Shown piece after piece: positions 50,521-61,569 of a stretch of 64,000 bases of DNA. The stretch is taken from the NCBI GenBank assembly GCA_963845065.1, contig CAWJQQ010000009.1:480001-544000 (forward strand), given 5' to 3'. The notes under the pieces were generated by a model, which searched no databases, had not been told where the DNA came from, and saw nothing but the letters and a program-made list of their open reading frames with translations. Source of the DNA: Nitrospirota bacterium. GTDB lineage: Bacteria > Nitrospirota > UBA9217. The translations under genes were made by a program, and so were the position numbers. Within the stretch, counting starts at the first letter, position 1, and each line of letters opens with the position of its first letter.

Positions 50521-51144
50521 ATGCAGTCTGATGATGTTTTGTCTATGCACAATGAAACCTTAAAAACGATCAACGACCGTCACAGCGTCAGGTTGTTCAC
50601 CAAAGATGACGTAACCAAAGATGAGATCGATGTCCTCCTTTATGCTGCAAACGCAGCGCCGTCGGCTCACAACCAGCAGGCGTGGAGGTTCATTATCCTT
50701 CGGGGTGAGAAGAAACAGGAACTGGCGCAGCTCGTGACCACCCAATCAGCGTTTTTCCCGAGGCCGGCAGCGGCACTTCTCCGCATGGGCGCAAAGAGCA
50801 TTATCTCCGCGCCCGTCGTGATTGCCGTGGTAAACACCGGGGACCTAATCAGGCATGGTACTGAGCTTTTCAAGGTCGCAAAGGAGACGGCACACGATTT
50901 TTTCCGGACAATGGAAATACAGAGCTCTGCTGCTGCAGTGGAGAACATCCTGATCGCCGCGACATCCCTAGGAATCGGCACGGTCTGGCTCGGGGTACTC
51001 TATCTCATCAAAGATGAAGTGCTTCGGTTCCTTGGAGAGCCTGAAGGCGAGTTTATGGCCGTGGTGCCGGTGGGCCGTCCTGCCAAGGCTGGCAACGGAC
51101 CGAATAAGCAGCCCGTCGAGATGAAGGTAAAGTTATTGGGCTGA
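50521..51144 (+). CDS. Nitroreductase family protein
   Basis: RHSVRLF, APSAHNQQAW, ENILIAATSLGIGTVW. Confidence 0.92.
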   Translation: MQSDDVLSMHNETLKTINDRHSVRLFTKDDVTKDEIDVLLYAANAAPSAHNQQAWRFIILRGEKKQELAQLVTTQSAFFPRPAAALLRMGAKSIISAPVVIAVVNTGDLIRHGTELFKVAKETAHDFFRTMEIQSSAAAVENILIAATSLGIGTVWLGVLYLIKDEVLRFLGEPEGEFMAVVPVGRPAKAGNGPNKQPVEMKVKLLG

Positions 51145-51528
51145 GCCGGGTTCCTGCTTGGCAATGGCAGAATCTTCAGCTTGCGTAATGTTTCAACGTA
51201 GAACAACTTATTATCAGCAAACTCACGAGCAGCAGAGCCCTTGTCTTTCTACTCGGGGGACTTCAATCACGCCTGCTTCCAATAAGCGAAATCCTTCTCT
51301 AGTCATGTTGCCCTCCGTTATATCGACGCCCAACTCGGATTGTTCTGAGCGCACCATAAGTTTATCAATCTTTTTAAAAATATTTCATAGTACAAACGTC
51401 GGCTAAGCGTCTCTGCGTCAATCATGAGGCTTTTGCGTCCGTCTCGCCTCCCTTTTCCCGATGCTATAATGATTAGTAGCACGGATGCCTGGTAAAGGAA
51501 TCTTAGGGACTCGTGAGTGGAGGATTAT

Positions 51529-51984
51529 ATGATAAAGCATACGATTTATTTTGCATTTACAGCAGCTTTGATTATGATTGATCATCCCGGCCATGCTGCT
51601 GACGCGACTACGCAGGAATTGAACAAAATGATCGTGAAAGACTTTTACGAATTGGCGATCAACAAAAAAGATTTTGAGGCCGCTTCAAAGTACCTTGGTC
51701 CGCGGTACATTCAGCATAATCAGAGGTCAGCAGATGGCGCCGACGGTTTGAAAGATTTTATACAGTTCCTGCACATCAAATTTCCAGACGCGCACAGCGA
51801 GATCAAACGAATATTCGCCGATGGAGACTATGTGATACTGCATGTGCACGCGGTGAGAGAACGAGGTACGCGCGGCGTTGCCGTTGTCGATATATTCAGA
51901 CTGCAGGACAGGAGGATCGTCGAGCATTGGGACGTTCATGAGGACATACTGGAGAAAGCGGCTAATCTGAATGGCATGTTTTAA
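51529..51984 (+). CDS. SnoaL/NTF2-like family protein, probably exported
   Basis: YIQHN, ADGDYVILH, VDIFRL..GRIVEHWD-like motif; signal-peptide-like N-terminus. Confidence 0.85.
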   Translation: MIKHTIYFAFTAALIMIDHPGHAADATTQELNKMIVKDFYELAINKKDFEAASKYLGPRYIQHNQRSADGADGLKDFIQFLHIKFPDAHSEIKRIFADGDYVILHVHAVRERGTRGVAVVDIFRLQDRRIVEHWDVHEDILEKAANLNGMF

Positions 51985-52191
51985 CAGGTTTCTCAGAGAT
52001 GCTTCTTTGAAGATAAATGTTGTGCATGTTATTGTTCGGGAAACCGTAGTTCAGCAGGTCCGCATGAAAAAGAAAATAGCTGATAATCTAAACCACCGGT
52101 ACGAATACGAAAAATATTATTCTGAAATTCAGGATCGAAATTGATGATTTGCACTGAACAGCCGTGAAGTCTACTTACAGGGAGGATAAAA

Positions 52192-52584
52192 ATGGAAACT
52201 CAGGATCGTTACCGGCGAGGATGGGAGAAACTCAAAGAAATAGACGGCGAAGCGGGTGAGCGCGTCGTCGAGAGTCTAAAGGATATTGCACCGGATTTCG
52301 CACGGTATTTAATCGAATTCCCTTTTGGGGATATCTACTCCCGTCCCATTCTTGACCTCAAGTCCCGGGAGATCGCCGTCGTCGCGGCGTTGACCGCTCT
52401 CGGGAATGCAGCCCCCCAGCTAAAGGTGCACATCCATGGCGCGATAAATGTAGGATGCACACGTCAGGAAGTTGTTGAAGTGATCATGCAGATGGCGGTC
52501 TATGCAGGGTTCCCAGCTGCCTTGAATGGCTTGTTCGCGGCGAAGGAGGTATTTGATGAACGCGATCGAAAGGGGATGACCTGA
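52192..52584 (+). CDS. Carboxymuconolactone decarboxylase family protein
   Basis: [22 protein letters not shown]. Confidence 0.92.
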   Translation: METQDRYRRGWEKLKEIDGEAGERVVESLKDIAPDFARYLIEFPFGDIYSRPILDLKSREIAVVAALTALGNAAPQLKVHIHGAINVGCTRQEVVEVIMQMAVYAGFPAALNGLFAAKEVFDERDRKGMT

Positions 52585-52713
52585 TGCTCGCAAACTAAGC
52601 CTTTTCATTTTCCCGGAAGCTGATCGCAGCAGAGAAAAAAGAGAATCCCTTCGACCAGATTGTCCTGACGCAACGACGTTGTCACAGACTGTGGAATGAG
52701 GAGAGGCCTTACT

Positions 52714-53217
52714 GTGATAGATCGTGACACACCAGTTACAACTGCTGTGCGGATACTGAGGAGTGCCGGCGTTCTATTCGTCCCGCATTTTTATGACTAT
52801 GTTGTTCATGGCGGAACGAAACATGCGTCTGCGTCGCTCGGCGTGAGCGAGCACGCAGTGGTGAAAACTCTGGTGATGGAGACTCATGATGCCGAGCGGA
52901 AGAAGGCTTTTCTTGTACTTATGCACGGCGACCGAGAGGTTTCTACCAAACAAATGGCTCGACTCCTGGGCGTGAAAGCCGTGTATCCTGCCAGCGAAGC
53001 TGATGTGGAAAAATACACGGGCTACATTACGGGCGGCGTAAGCCCCTTCGGCACGCGCACACCTCTCACGCTATATGTCGAAGAAACCATTTTGGGCCTT
53101 GAAAAGATCTACATAAATGGCGGTAAGCGCGGGTTCTTGGTAGAGATACAGGCAACAGAGCTCACCCGGGTTCTCAGCGCGATCCCGATCAGGATCGGAA
53201 TCGAAAAGCGTGGCTAA
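52714..53217 (+). CDS. YbaK/EbsC aminoacyl-tRNA deacylase
   Basis: VVKTL, GYITGGVSPFG, INGGKRG. Confidence 0.9.
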   Translation: MIDRDTPVTTAVRILRSAGVLFVPHFYDYVVHGGTKHASASLGVSEHAVVKTLVMETHDAERKKAFLVLMHGDREVSTKQMARLLGVKAVYPASEADVEKYTGYITGGVSPFGTRTPLTLYVEETILGLEKIYINGGKRGFLVEIQATELTRVLSAIPIRIGIEKRG

Positions 53218-53241
53218 GATGTTTTATTATACGAGACTTTA

Positions 53242-53844
53242 TTGAGAAAAATCGGTCATAGTTTCTATAAGCGCGAAGCAGCCAGGCTTGCCCGTGACAT
53301 TATTGGGACAATCCTTGTTCATCGTGTTCGCGGCAAGGAGTACCGAGCGCGTATTGTGGAGGCGGAAGCCTATGTTGGTCCGCATGACCGCGCGTCGCAC
53401 TCATGCAGGGGCCGGACGAAGCGGACTGAAGTCATGTTCGGTCCCACGGGCCACGCATATGTCTACTTGATCTACGGGATGTACAAGATGTTCAATATTG
53501 TTTCGGGTCCAGCGGGCAGCGGTCAGGCTGTCCTCATCAGGGCAGCCGAACCGCTCTGTGACTGGAAGGTCGATCTCTCCGGCCCCGGAAAACTCACACG
53601 CGCATTCAAAATTACGCACTCATTCAACGGTCTAGACCTAACCACAGACAGGCTGTTCTTATTGCATGATCCCGATTACCGGCCGCGGATCATAAGGACC
53701 AAGAGAATCGGCGTTGATTATGCGAAAGAATGGAAGGATGCGTTGCTTCGTTTTGTCGATACTAAGAGTGCAGCCGTGTCCAGACAACGAGTTAAAAAGC
53801 AAGGGCGCAGCTCTTCGACCCGCCTTGTCGCACCTGCGGAATGA
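53242..53844 (+). CDS. DNA-3-methyladenine glycosylase (AAG/Mpg type)
   Basis: IVEAEAY, YVYLIYGMY, AVLIRA, GPGKL, RIGV. Confidence 0.92.
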   Translation: MRKIGHSFYKREAARLARDIIGTILVHRVRGKEYRARIVEAEAYVGPHDRASHSCRGRTKRTEVMFGPTGHAYVYLIYGMYKMFNIVSGPAGSGQAVLIRAAEPLCDWKVDLSGPGKLTRAFKITHSFNGLDLTTDRLFLLHDPDYRPRIIRTKRIGVDYAKEWKDALLRFVDTKSAAVSRQRVKKQGRSSSTRLVAPAE

Positions 53845-54253
53845 TTTCCTTGATAGAATCTCCTGTCACCATGAGCAATTATGTTGTCCTAGACAATCTC
53901 GTCGGGATGATAATCAACAGCGTTCCACGGCATTTATCAATATCTCATCGGTGATTTGTCTCCCTGCGGTGTATGCTCACAATTTGCGTTCCCACCTTTG
54001 AAATGACTATGCGCAAGGTTCGAATGATGACATAGTGGAACTTCATTTGACAGCATGGCACTGAAAACCACAATTGGGCATAAGGACGGCGCCGATCCTC
54101 ACAATCTGAAAAAACGCAAGGTGATACTCACTATCTTGATTTGTGAACCGCAGAAGTTACGCTCCAAGACACATTTTTTGCTTGATTTATTTGCTGATGA
54201 CAGATATGTGGGTGGGGCTTCTCCGCCTTTGTGCAGGATGATGGGTGGCCATA

Positions 54254-54901
54254 TTAATTCTGCAATTCTTTTTGCCTCCGCAGGGCCTCTTGGTACTTCA
54301 CGTCATTTCCCGTGGCTTTATAGGCTTCGGCAAGATGACCCTGTGCTTCAGCAAGCAGGTCCCGCCTATCTTTAGGAAGTGTAGCTAAGGACTCATTCAA
54401 GGCCGATATCGCTTCTCCGGCATTGCCGAGTTTGAGCAGGAGTACGCCGAAGGTGTCGAGATAATAGGGCCGGTGATCAGGGTTGAGCGTTAAGGCACGG
54501 ATGATAAGTTCCCGTCCTTTTATGAGTTTCGCGCCCGTCTGAATGTATACCCAAGCGAGATTGTTGCAGGCATCGCCGTTCTTTGGATCAAGTCCTACGG
54601 CTTTTTTTAACGCCGATTCTGCGCCCGCGTAATCTTTCATCCTATACAACAGGTCTCCCAGGAGAAGTAGGGAGGGAACATGTTTTTTATCTTGTTTGAG
54701 CGCGTCCCGGTACTGTTCAAGGGCCAGATCCGGTTTACCCTGGGATTCATAAATGCCGCCAAGTTTGTCATGTTCCCCTGCAGAGAGCGGGTCATGAAGA
54801 ATGGTGATCCGCGGAATGGCACAGCCGGACAAAAAGAAGATCGCTGCAATGATGAGCGTCTCGCGACCGACAACGGCAAACAGTTGTTGAATACGTTTCA
54901 T
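54254..54901 (-). CDS. TPR-repeat lipoprotein
   Basis: Lipobox LSGC; TPR motifs NNLAW, YLDTFG; ATG at 54901 with GGGAGG RBS. Confidence 0.85.
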   Translation of the reverse strand: MKRIQQLFAVVGRETLIIAAIFFLSGCAIPRITILHDPLSAGEHDKLGGIYESQGKPDLALEQYRDALKQDKKHVPSLLLLGDLLYRMKDYAGAESALKKAVGLDPKNGDACNNLAWVYIQTGAKLIKGRELIIRALTLNPDHRPYYLDTFGVLLLKLGNAGEAISALNESLATLPKDRRDLLAEAQGHLAEAYKATGNDVKYQEALRRQKELQN

Positions 54902-54909
54902 TGCCTCCC

Positions 54910-55542
54910 TTAGTCTTGCGACGTCCCCGGATGAGCAACAAGCATCCAGTTTCCGGCACGACCCCACTCCTGGAGAAATTGTTCATAGCTAATGACTCTC
55001 TGTGCCTGCACCCCGTCATGAGCGATGATGACAGCATCAACATCATCAAAACCGATCACGGTAACGTAGTGAGGCCGACGGTAGACACTGAAACCCAGAT
55101 CGATCAAACAGATTACCGGCACATCCTTTCTGACCTGCTCCTTAAGCGAATCAAGGGTTCCTGTCGAGGACACGGTTTCGAGTCCCTGTTCACGAAGAAA
55201 ACTTTCCATATCCATGGGAAGCGTGCCGCGAAGTTGTGGAAGATAAACTTTGGCTATGACTTGATCCATGCTCACCTTTTTGCCCCAATAGGAGGCAACG
55301 GAAGCAAGTGCGGCAGGTCCACAGGAGTCGTCCTTCTGTTTAAAAAAAAGGACGCCGTTGATATAATGCCCCTCTTTGTCCAAGCCTGGTTGGAGAGATG
55401 CAAAGCTTTTTTCTGAACATCCCGCAGAAAGCATTATGAACAAGATAGCGAATACGAAGAGAAAAAGACGGCTCATCATCTTCTTCATCTTCTTGTCATG
55501 GCTAATAACGAGAGGAATCAATGATGGAATCGATATAATCAT
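54910..55542 (-). CDS. C39-like cysteine peptidase lipoprotein (PA2778-like)
   Basis: Q-x4-CGPAAL, HYVTVIG, AHDG catalytic triad; lipobox SAGC. Confidence 0.85.
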   Translation of the reverse strand: MIISIPSLIPLVISHDKKMKKMMSRLFLFVFAILFIMLSAGCSEKSFASLQPGLDKEGHYINGVLFFKQKDDSCGPAALASVASYWGKKVSMDQVIAKVYLPQLRGTLPMDMESFLREQGLETVSSTGTLDSLKEQVRKDVPVICLIDLGFSVYRRPHYVTVIGFDDVDAVIIAHDGVQAQRVISYEQFLQEWGRAGNWMLVAHPGTSQD

Positions 55543-55967
55543 CTACTCCGGATCTCAATGCGCCCCTGCAGAAGGAACACGAGGACTACAACGAGCAAGG
55601 CGACGGCTATGAGGCCGAAAAACAAATCAACCCCGTCGCTACCTGCCTGGAGCGAGTCCGTATGGGTTGCGAGCACATGGATCTGCTCATCGGAAAGTTT
55701 ATTAACGCGCGTCATGGCATCTGCAGGCGACAGCCCGTAATCCCTAAGTTTCTGCTGGACAATCTTGGATTCAATAGCTGCTTGGATTCTGGCAAAGTCC
55801 GCTGCCCGTTCGAGAGATCTTCCCGTCTGATCAGCCATTTCATGATAGGGAGCAGCAGAAACATACATAGCTTCAGCAGGCCCCGCGAACGTTGAGATCG
55901 CGATCAACGCCATAATCACATACAGAGCGAGCGGTTTTGCGTAGAATGATTTCTGGATGTTTTTCAT
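55539..55967 (-). CDS. PA2779-like protein, paralog 2
   Basis: Signal peptide (AEA), KLRDYGLSP..A..RV..LSDEQI, LQAG, C-terminal TM helix. Confidence 0.8.
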   Translation of the reverse strand: MKNIQKSFYAKPLALYVIMALIAISTFAGPAEAMYVSAAPYHEMADQTGRSLERAADFARIQAAIESKIVQQKLRDYGLSPADAMTRVNKLSDEQIHVLATHTDSLQAGSDGVDLFFGLIAVALLVVVLVFLLQGRIEIRSR

Positions 55968-56006
55968 CTTTTATCACCACCTCCTGACTTCTTTTGGGTG
56001 AACCGC

Positions 56007-56396
56007 TCACCTGACCACGACGCGATGGCCAGTAGCCTCGAGAACGATGATCGTGATGACTGCCACAATGAGGAGAAAGATCAAAAAATCCAGTCCTCCA
56101 TCTGCCCCTGCCTGGAGCGAATCGAGCTGCGAAGCGAAATGATGAATTTGCTCATCGGAAAGAGTATCGATCCTCGCCACGGCTTCTTGTGGAGAAAGTC
56201 CGAAATCTATGAGGCGCTGCTTGATCATAGTCGATTCAAGGGATTTTCGGATTGATGTCATATCAGCTTGTCGTGTTGTGGCGTCCTGATCGATTGGTAG
56301 GAACATGGCCCATCCCTGGCTAGGAAAAGAAATAAGCACTGTTGCTAATACGAGATATAGAGACAACAGCTTCAGGAACGAATTCTTGGACATCAT
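56007..56396 (-). CDS. PA2779-like protein, paralog 1
   Basis: Signal peptide (GWA), RLIDFGLSPQEAVARIDTLSDEQI, LQAG, C-terminal TM helix. Confidence 0.8.
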   Translation of the reverse strand: MMSKNSFLKLLSLYLVLATVLISFPSQGWAMFLPIDQDATTRQADMTSIRKSLESTMIKQRLIDFGLSPQEAVARIDTLSDEQIHHFASQLDSLQAGADGGLDFLIFLLIVAVITIIVLEATGHRVVVR

Positions 56397-56771
56397 GGTC
56401 CACTCCTTTTCTGATGTTTCCCGTTTCGTAATTGTTAGCGGAGGACTTTAAAAAGGAACTTCTGCCTACAATTTCAGGGAATAATAATTTATCATATTTA
56501 CGTACTTATATTTTAGCACATTGCAGCAGCTCAAAGGGTAGCGTTGATGAAATATCAACTCCATCGAGTAGTCGCTGTATTCAAACACTTATCCGAAACG
56601 GGCGTTAGATAAAATAAAAAATATCCCTATTGGTTCGGGTTAAGACACTTACAACATACTAGCGACCAGAAGGTCGGCCATTTAGATAAGACACATTATT
56701 ACCCGTTGGTTGAACGAGGCATTCATGGAGCATACGAAAAAATCTTTAAGGAAAAAAAGGCAAGTGTGATC

Positions 56772-56913
56772 TTTATAAAACCTGTCCTTGAATACCCAGC
56801 AGTTCTACTGCTGGGATGAAAAGGACAATCCTGACGAAGTCAGGATAAGAATCTGATTGGTTTTAGGTTTTATCGGTTTTGATGCCCCGCAGCTCTGCTG
56901 CGGGGTAATTCAC
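56772..56913 (+). mobile_element. 142-bp IS200/IS605-derived palindromic MITE
   Basis: Hairpins CCCAGCAG/CTGCTGGG, ATCCTGAC/GTCAGGAT and CCCCGCAG/CTGCGGGG; two mismatches to 62564-62705. Confidence 0.85.
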
Positions 56914-57114
56914 TACCTAGGTGGAGGCATCTTTTACCCACATTCCTGGTACGAACGTATTACGTGCATGCATGCTTGTTCTGTTTCGCCCGTAATAAAC
57001 GGTACAACGACGTTCGACTAAAATATTTGATATTATTTCTCCAAGGGCAATTATCATAAAAGAATCAGGGTTACAACAATCACTTGCAGGCAGTTTGGTT
57101 GAAAGGAGAATGGT

Positions 57115-58170
57115 ATGCGTTATCGCCTATTAGGGAAAACCGGAGTCTATGTTTCTGAACTGAGCTTGGGGACCATGACATTCGCAGGGAAAGGGTTCTG
57201 GGAAGTCATCGGCAAATTGAGCGCGTCGCAGGCTGAATCGTTTATCGGTACTGCTCTTGATGCCGGAGTAAACATGATCGATACCGCGGACGTTTATTCC
57301 CAAGGAGAGTCGGAAAAATGTGTTGGCGCTGCGCTTGCGTCACTAGGCAGGCCACGCGACCAGATTCTAGTAGCGACAAAGGTCCGTGGAAGGATGGGTT
57401 CGGGGCCGAATGAAATGGGTCTATCGCGCAAACATATCCTGGATTCCATTGACGCCAGTCTGAAGAGACTCAAACTGGGCTATATCGATCTCTACCAGAT
57501 TCACGGTGCAGACTTGAGCACACCCATCGAAGAGACCATGCGTGCGCTCGACGACGTTGTGCGCAGCGGCAAAGTGCGCTATATTGGTTATTGCAATTTG
57601 ACTGCATGGCAGGCTATGAAAGCGGTCGCTTTTTCCGACGTGCATGATCTGGCGCGTTTTGTGAGCGCGCAGATGTACTACTCGATCGCGAGCCGCGATA
57701 TCGAGCGGGAGGTAGTGCCTCTTGCAAAGGACCAGGGGCTTGCTCTATTCCCCTGGAGCCCGCTTGCAGGCGGCTTGCTTTCCGGAAAGTTTGACCTAGT
57801 GGGTCCCGGTCCTGAGGGCGCGCGGCGTACATCATTTGATTTCCCACCTGTGGACCGCGATCGGGCAAAGAACATTCTTAATGCGATGCACACCGTTAAA
57901 CTGGCCACGGGAATTTCCATAGCGCGGATAGCCCTTGCCTGGCTCCTGACACGCCCTTTCGTCACTAGCGTAATCATCGGAGCGAAGACACAAGAACAGC
58001 TCATCGACAATCTTGGAGCTGTCGATGTGAAACTTACCCCGGAGCAGGTTGACCAACTTGATGAGGCGAGCGCCTTACCGGCTGAATATCCGGGCTGGAT
58101 GATCGAGCGGCAGGATCGTGACCGACGGCTTGAACCGGCAGCCAAGGGCGACGCTAAGAAAGCAGCGTAG
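57115..58170 (+). CDS. Aldo/keto reductase
   Basis: LGTMTF, DTADVY, ATKV, IDLYQIH, WSPLAGGLLSGK. Confidence 0.95.
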   Translation: MRYRLLGKTGVYVSELSLGTMTFAGKGFWEVIGKLSASQAESFIGTALDAGVNMIDTADVYSQGESEKCVGAALASLGRPRDQILVATKVRGRMGSGPNEMGLSRKHILDSIDASLKRLKLGYIDLYQIHGADLSTPIEETMRALDDVVRSGKVRYIGYCNLTAWQAMKAVAFSDVHDLARFVSAQMYYSIASRDIEREVVPLAKDQGLALFPWSPLAGGLLSGKFDLVGPGPEGARRTSFDFPPVDRDRAKNILNAMHTVKLATGISIARIALAWLLTRPFVTSVIIGAKTQEQLIDNLGAVDVKLTPEQVDQLDEASALPAEYPGWMIERQDRDRRLEPAAKGDAKKAA

Positions 58171-58303
58171 AATCGATAATTCTTTCACAGAGGCACGGTG
58201 AAGCAGAGAAATGCGACTTTCTGTATTTTTACTATTTTCTCACAATTCTCCAGACCTCTTTGGATAAGAGTTCGCACGTTTTACTATATCTGGAGGGATA
58301 ACC

Positions 58304-59278
58304 ATGAAAGCCATCATGATTTCGAGCTTTGGCGATGCGAGCGTGCTAAAACGCTCGGAAACAGTGCCGAAGCCCATGCTGGGAACCGGGCAGGCATTAG
58401 TGAAGATCCACGCGGCAGGCGTAAACTTTGTCGATATTTACCAGCGACGGGGAACATATCCCGTAATGCTACCTTTTATCCCCGGTTTGGAGGCATCGGG
58501 CGTTATTGAGGCAGTTAGTGATAAACTCTCAGGACTTCAGGTAGGCGATCACGTCGCGTATACTGGACATCTCGGGAGTTACAGTGAGTATACAGTGATT
58601 GATGCAAACCGGTTAATCCGTCTGCCGGCTGGGCTTACCTTTGAACAGGGTGCTGCTTTTCCACTTCAGGGGATGACCGCGCATTACCTGATTCATGAGT
58701 TTCGCAGGCCAAAGCCGGGAGATACGGTTCTGATCCATGCAGCCGCAGGGGGCGTGGGACTTCTATTGGTCCAATGGGCGAAGCACTTCGGAGCAACGGT
58801 TATTGGAACGGTGTCTACAGAAGAGAAGGCGCGTATTGCCAAAGAAGCTGGCGCAGACCATGTGGTCCTTTATACGATGCAAGATTTTGTAAGTGAAACG
58901 AAACACCTTACCAACGGCCGGGGCGTAGAGCTTATCCTCGACGGCGTGGCAAAGGCAACTTTTAACGGCGATCTGGAAGCAGTGGCCCTCCGTGGGCATG
59001 TTGTGGTTTTCGGGTCCGCAAGCGGCCCAGCCGACCCCCTTATGCCCAACTCGCTGGGAACAAAATCGATCTCCGTGTCTGGTGGATCGCTGGTTAATTT
59101 TGTTGCAACTCGAGAGGATCTGGTTCGACGATCGACTGATGTTCTAAACGCCATCAAAGAAGGTTGGCTCAAATTGCGTGTCGATTATGTGCTCCCGCTG
59201 GCTGAGGCGGAGAAGGCGCACCGATTGCTTGAAGGACGGCAGACCGTTGGCAAGATCGTGCTGAAAGTGGCTGATTGA
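58304..59278 (+). CDS. NADPH:quinone oxidoreductase (zeta-crystallin/Qor)
   Basis: GVNFVD, PGLEASG, HAAAGGVG, GKIVL. Confidence 0.93.
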   Translation: MKAIMISSFGDASVLKRSETVPKPMLGTGQALVKIHAAGVNFVDIYQRRGTYPVMLPFIPGLEASGVIEAVSDKLSGLQVGDHVAYTGHLGSYSEYTVIDANRLIRLPAGLTFEQGAAFPLQGMTAHYLIHEFRRPKPGDTVLIHAAAGGVGLLLVQWAKHFGATVIGTVSTEEKARIAKEAGADHVVLYTMQDFVSETKHLTNGRGVELILDGVAKATFNGDLEAVALRGHVVVFGSASGPADPLMPNSLGTKSISVSGGSLVNFVATREDLVRRSTDVLNAIKEGWLKLRVDYVLPLAEAEKAHRLLEGRQTVGKIVLKVAD

Positions 59279-59675
59279 CTTAGAGCAAAGGTATTTTTTA
59301 CGCCATCGGGGTAAGGCTTTACCAACAGCTGCCTACGACGCCGGAGGGATTTGGGGACGCCGTCAAGAAAACGTAGCCCAGGAGCCACAGAAAGAATGTA
59401 ATCACGGATAATCTAAAGAAGAAAGGCAAAACGCTAATTCAGCGGAACGGTGAGACATCATCCATCTTGAATGTCTGATTTGCCATTTTAACTTGTTTGC
59501 CCCTTACCGGGAAAGACCTTTTTTAGACGAATGGACAAGGCTGCCCTGAGCGAAGCGGAATCGGAATCGCCTCTGCTTAAGCCAGATGCCACGGCATTTA
59601 GCATGAGTAGTTCATATGGATTAACACTTCGGTTTTTTAGGAGTCTAAAAAAAGCGGACAGCGAACAGTTTCGGT

Positions 59676-60983
59676 TCACTCTTCATGATCACTCTTGCCG
59701 ATTGGCTTCCAGTTGATGCCGGAGAGCCGTGCGATCAGTGTATTCAAAAATACTTTGGTAAACTTCAACTGGCAGTATACGGAGGTTCCTTCAAGCATTT
59801 CATGGCTGATCTTGAGGGTCGTCACATCGCCCCCGGCCTCGATGCTGGCGGTGCGTGGTCTCTTTGAAGTATATGCCATTTCTCCGAAGCAATCGCCGGC
59901 CCGCAATGTTGTTATGAATTTCCCTCCTAGCATCACCGAGACCTCACCACCTACGATCACATAGAAGGAATCATCGAGGTCTCCCTCGGATATAATTACC
60001 TGTCCGGCAGAATATTCACGCCACTCGCCTGCGTTTATGACCTCTGACAGTTCGATTTCGAAAAAATCCTTGAAGAACTGCAGCCTCTTAATCCTCTCAA
60101 GCTTCTCCCGCATGTTCACATCGGTAGTTACGACGACATGAACGAGTTTTTTGTGAATTGCATTCAGGTCCGCGGCCATGTCGGCAGCGCTCTGGTACCG
60201 GTCCTTCAGGTTCTTGGATAATGCCTTTTTAACGATTGGCTCAAGCATGTCTGGCACGTCGGGGCGATACTGCCTGAGTGTCGGAGCCTCGTTCTCCATG
60301 ATCTGCTCGAGCAGGTCAAGCAGGCTTTTGCTTAAGAACGGGCGATGCCCGGTCAACAGGCCATACATGACCACACCGAGCGAATAGATGTCGGCCTGGT
60401 GGTTCACCGGCTCTCTCCGAAGACGTTCAGGTGAAATGTGCGTCGGTGTGCCCAGGAGATGTTCGAGGTGCAAATAATCGGTATCCGGATGAAGTATCTT
60501 TGCAAGCCCGAAGTCGGCCAATTTTACCGTGTCGTCGGGAGTCAGCATGATATTGCCGGGTTTGATGTCTAGATGAATTACACTGCGTGAGTGTGCATAC
60601 TGAAGCCCTTTGCAGCATTGGTACAGGAGCTCCACTGCCTTCGGTACTGGCATGAGGTTGTCAGGTCGGCAGTAGAGGAACAGGGTTCTGCTGTTCTCGA
60701 TGTATTCCATAACGAGGTAGTACAGGTCCCCGTCCTGTCCGGCGTCGTAAACGGGGAGAATGTTCCGGTGATCAAGCATCCCATATATCTGTGCCTCGGT
60801 AAAGAAGAGTTCCATGAGTCGCCGCCGGATTTTATCATCGGCCAGCGACTTCAGGTCTGTGACCTTAATGGCCACGTTCCTCTGCATATAAGGGTCATAG
60901 GCCCGGTAGACCGTGCCCATGCTGCCCTTGCCGACCTCTTCAATCACACGGAATTTCCCTATTTTTGACGGTGCTTCACTCAT
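59676..60983 (-). CDS. Ser/Thr protein kinase with C-terminal cyclic-nucleotide-binding domain
   Basis: GKGSMGTV, VAIK, HLDIKPGN, DFG; FGEMA...PRTAS. Confidence 0.92.
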   Translation of the reverse strand: MSEAPSKIGKFRVIEEVGKGSMGTVYRAYDPYMQRNVAIKVTDLKSLADDKIRRRLMELFFTEAQIYGMLDHRNILPVYDAGQDGDLYYLVMEYIENSRTLFLYCRPDNLMPVPKAVELLYQCCKGLQYAHSRSVIHLDIKPGNIMLTPDDTVKLADFGLAKILHPDTDYLHLEHLLGTPTHISPERLRREPVNHQADIYSLGVVMYGLLTGHRPFLSKSLLDLLEQIMENEAPTLRQYRPDVPDMLEPIVKKALSKNLKDRYQSAADMAADLNAIHKKLVHVVVTTDVNMREKLERIKRLQFFKDFFEIELSEVINAGEWREYSAGQVIISEGDLDDSFYVIVGGEVSVMLGGKFITTLRAGDCFGEMAYTSKRPRTASIEAGGDVTTLKISHEMLEGTSVYCQLKFTKVFLNTLIARLSGINWKPIGKSDHEE

Positions 60984-61569
60984 GATTTATCACTCTTACC
61001 AAGAACACCCCATCCAAAGTGTGTATTGGTTGTAGGATGAATTGGTGGATTTTAATTTACCCATAAATGACATCTGAACAAAAATATAGTATAGTAAATT
61101 GCAGAGGTCTTCACATCCGCTTCATGGCAAATCCTACCTTAAAATAGATCAACAACAAGGTGCCACTTCATGCTCTACTAAAAGGGAATGAAAATGTACA
61201 GCGCCGCTCTGTTCCTATAGAAAAAACAATGATGAATCTGGATATTTTGCTAGCCGGTAGGCTTCGGCATGTCCTTGTCATCCGGGTGGAGTTTCTGGCG
61301 GCAGCCAATGCCTTTGTAGATGCCGTATTCCTTCCGGAGCCGCTAAAAAACAATAGAACCTGCAAGGAAATGCTATCCATCCTGACTATTGACCAGAAAG
61401 ACATCGGTAAAGGTCTTAAAAAGGCGAATGTGGAAAAGACTCGGCTGGCCGTTCCTGGTGCAATTGCCCAAGTAGAAGGTAAATACTTTAATCGTTATAT
61501 ATGGGTAGAGCATGACGTTATATTTTCCCATTAAAATATAGGAAATATTTTCTTCAAGACAATCCAAAT

